The notes beneath the pieces are model-generated. The model did not search any database, had not been told where the DNA came from, and saw nothing but the letters and a program-made list of their open reading frames with translations. A stretch of DNA of 64,000 bases from the NCBI GenBank assembly GCA_963693365.1, contig CAVNZM010000013.1, forward strand, positions 3,996,722 to 4,060,721, written 5' to 3'. This stretch comes from Amoebidium appalachense. Its lineage: Eukaryota > Protista > Ichthyosporea. Each line of letters opens with the position of its first letter. The stretch's first letter is position 1. Made by a program: the position numbers and the translations under genes. This document shows, piece after piece, positions 46,067 to 64,000 of the stretch.

Positions 46067-48568
46067 TGATGATATGCATGTATATACATGTTATATAGAG
46101 AGAGAAAGAGAGAAAAGGGGGGGGGGGGGGGGGGGCGGGAGGGAGCCTCGTGAGAGAAAGAGATCTAAAGGGGAGAGAAGAGACGGAGGAGGGTTCCAGA
46201 GAGAGTTGGGAACCGTGGCAGCTAGACCAAATCATCAGTGTGTATTTGTGCATGTTTTTGCCTGTCTGTCTGTGTGTGTGTTTGTGTATATGTGTGTGCA
46301 CAACTATCTGGCTTATGTTCATTAATATGCTGCTATGCCCAGACCGTGACCGCTGCTTCTTTCACTTTTGATTTCTCAATGCACTGTCGCCGGCGATGCC
46401 TACTGCCCCCAACTTGAACCTCGAGTCTTTCAGTTGTTGAGTATTTCCCACGGCCAAAGAAGAAGGCAGGCCCTCGTGTTGGAGTAAAGGCTTTCAAATG
46501 GCCCGGAGAAAGGTGTGGATGCCACCGGGTGTGTGTGTGTGTGTGTGTGTGCGTGCATGTGTGCGTGTGTGCGTGTGTGCATGCATTGTACGTGCGTGCA
46601 TAGTGCGTGGCACTGCGTGCAAATATGCGTGTGTGTGTGTGCGTATGCAGTGTGTGTGCGTGCGCATGTGCGTGTGTGCGTGCCTGTGCGCACGTGCATG
46701 AGTGTGTGTGTGGGGCCGGGGGAGGGGAGGGGGAGGGAGGGGAGGGGGGGGGGGGGGGGGAGGGGTGCATACCTCATGATGTACTACGGTAGACGTTTTT
46801 TGTGATTTTGCCAAGTGGGTTTTGGGGTTGTTGAAATGTGATTGTACAATTATGTGCCTCGCAAGGCTGCATATAGGCTATGAACCGTTACACGTACATC
46901 ATGCGTCTGCCTATGTGTGTGTGTGCGCCGGCTAGTGATAGTAGTTGTTGGTGACCTAAAAGTGATGGGAACCCTATAGTTGATGTTAAAGGTGTTTTGA
47001 TGTTTGTACACGTTGCCTGTTCTTGCATCAAGTGGTCCGAATTTGGCTCCATGTGCTGTGTCTGCTCCTAACACAAAAGGGGGAGGGGGGAAGGGAGGGG
47101 CGGGGAGGGGGGGGAGGGGGGAGTGCACTTACACCATCTATTATGTAGCCATTTTCAACTGGTTCAAAGCTTTGGCATTGTTATCTGTCGTCAACAGGGT
47201 TTGTTCCAACACTAATCCTTAAGGTGGGTGGATTTCTCAGTTTATGACGACATCCCGTTATGTCGTATCCGATTGGTTGTTTCCACTTGGTTATTAACCT
47301 GAAACCGTCCTTACGGCTGGGCTATTCATCAGGCCTTATTATGGCTACATCACCGTCATCGACATCTAAGGTTCACCGGGACATGATCTTAGCTACAACC
47401 ATTAACAGTGTTAACTAACGCATATGCATACAGTAGCGTACTTAACACAGCAGAAGCCGGTTTTTGTCAGGCTTTTTAGGAAGTACCTCGCCATGACGTC
47501 ACTTTCCGTACGCGTTGCAGCACGGACTTGCTTACATGCCCATTGGTTGCCAAAAATAGCGCTGCCCAGGCAAGTTGCCTGCTATTTATGGAAATGGGAC
47601 GGTGCCGTGGATGGTGACAAAAAATCCGCAGAGTTATATAAATCTGTTGCGATTATCAATGAGCGAGCAGACTGGTGGAAGTTAAGGGGACTCCAACTTT
47701 GAGTCTTGCCCTCCCCCCCTCCCCCCCCCCCCCCCCCCCCCCCCCCCCCGCCGCCCTCCCCCGCCTTCGCGCGAAAGGTTAAAGAGTCGAAACCCATGCT
47801 TTTGTGGTAGGAGGAACCCCCCTGATGATGGGCTCTGTTCAAGTGTATGTCTTGTGCCTGCACGCTCAAATTGTTGGCTTTTGGATTTCCTACTTATGTG
47901 ACGTTTTGTTGTTTCTTTGTTGTCTCCTCCATATTTCCAACCCTCGAACGCATACATCCCCCCCCCCCCCCCTGCTTTTCGGTTTTGGTGGTATACATGT
48001 ATATTGTCTGAGGGCGATATGAATGAAAACAAAAGAAACCGCTGTTATAGTACAAGTGCTGTGCACGTGTAGAAATGTTATTCACTACAGAAAGAAAAGT
48101 TCGAAACATGCAGATGGTAGTGTGGCTTCTAACTATTGACTGTACCTTATAATTAAGGTTGTGCGGGTGCCCGGCACGCTCGGGTGCATGTACCGCCCAA
48201 CACGTCAACCACACATCACACAGGCAAAGACCCAAGATCAAAAAACGCCCCACGACGTGTACTGCCCGTGCACTGGTCCTCATACACAATGATTCTCAGG
48301 TTGCTTTAAAATTGACAAACCACTGCACACCGGCCTTTAAAGCCCCTTTAAAGTGTTTATTTCAACCATGACATATATTATTGAGCAGGGTCTCTTGTTA
48401 CCTATTTGTATGCCTACTGGTACTTCTACATACGGCACCACCAGGCACCCATATACAGCGACATCATACGTTGGACTGCAAGGTTAACAACAAAATCATT
48501 TACGCATCCTTTCGTAATCTCCCGTCTTCAATTCAATCCAAACTCTTCTTGTTGTACACCAACTACTG

Positions 48569-48599
<31 letters not shown>

Positions 48600-48782
48600 A
48601 CCCCCTCCCACCCCTCCCTCCTCCCCCCACCCCCCTCAATATATATATATATATATATAAAAGGACAACACAGACAGTTATACCTCCTTTTTGTGCCCTC
48701 TGGCCATATGTTCAAGCACATCCAAATATCCAAATATCGAGCATCCCTGATTACTGTACCAGCCGCACACAGCCACTTTCCC

Positions 48783-48813
<31 letters not shown>

Positions 48814-49098
48814 ATTCCTCTGGCGGCCTACTTCCTCTCTAACATAGGGGTGCACACTAACATACTCACAAGTGAAGTGACAAATACATTCGTGCAATTC
48901 CGTCAAAACCCGTTCGTTAGGAAAACTCACACATCCCATCAACAGTACATAGTAATTCACAATGCAAACACATTCGTAATGAATACATGGAGCATCTCCC
49001 TCCTGCTTTCTGGTGGGGAGTGAGGGTAGGGCCCAAAACATGTCGCCTCTGATTGGTTCCTACAACTGTCGCCATGTCCAAATATGGCAAGTGTGACG

Positions 49099-63365
<14,267 letters not shown>

Positions 63366-64000
63366 CTGTTTGAAAAGTATGACGTGCGAAAGTTGATGGC
63401 GGGGTGCCGTGGCTCAACCATCAGTTCTGAGGGGTGAGGAGGTGTGAGGATTTTGCGTGTGTATAAAACTATTTATGCATTATGTTTGGAGTTGGTGTAC
63501 ACATCCACCTGCATGTGTGATCTGCATGCATCACAGTATCCACTGTACAACATCCATACGCATGTCTTTGTTTCTGCATTTTTTTATTGCTTTTGTGAGC
63601 AAATAATCGATAATGCAAAGGGAGTCTCTACGCGGATACGAGCATACAGTGTCTTGTGTCTAAATGCTTGTATTGGCTCCAACATGCGTGAGTACGACAA
63701 CACCTCATACACCCTGCAAACACACACCACAATGTGCATCAAAGCCCATGCCAACAGCTACAGATGCACATACCTGGGTTTAAGGGGGGGAAACATGTTT
63801 TGTAGTCGAACGGTGGCCCCGGTGGGAGACCAAACATCTGCAACGGGGGAACGAGTCAGCCCACGGGGGCCGGATGAACGACACAGAAAACAAATGATGC
63901 CTGGTTTCCGCCTATGCCGGCATTTGTTATGAAACGTGTTGCATTCACCTAGTAAAGCGGTTAAAAAAAAAAAACGAAAGAAGAAAGAAAGAAAAAAAGA

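Noticed and set aside
47424-47702. 92-aa ORF as a gene
   Set aside because: No recognisable motif or exon partners; possibly a transposon fragment, but unsupported.

Overview
Eukaryotic (protist-type; lineage not provable from this window) nuclear DNA. It holds four intron-rich host genes buried in (CA/GT)n, poly-C/G and minisatellite DNA: an N-formylglutamate amidohydrolase-like gene (+, 2439-4729), THOC5 (-, 15 exons traced, 5' part missing), FCF1/UTP24 (-, complete) and the 3' part of a DENND4/CRAG-like gene (-). Between THOC5 and FCF1 is a roughly 13 kb microsatellite-poor, CpG-rich block (about 18745-32040) of about 13 compact, intron-less ORFs. These include a penton/minor-capsid-like jelly-roll protein, a membrane-anchored B-lectin(+PAN) adhesin, small membrane proteins and ORFans. 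Several ORFs follow CCAAT-array + TATA promoters. The block ends in two tandem-repeat families followed by a 375-bp near-perfect GC-rich palindrome. I read it as a fragment of an endogenised, probably nucleus-transcribed large DNA virus carrying an origin-like or terminal element and abutting a truncated THOC5. I recognised no major capsid protein, packaging ATPase, polymerase or integrase, so the viral class is unresolved. Other oddities are two in-frame TAG codons at Tyr-like positions, candidate GT-CG introns, minisatellites that copy splice donors, and a repeat family sitting in G-tracts. All protein assignments come from by-eye motif comparison, not database searches.
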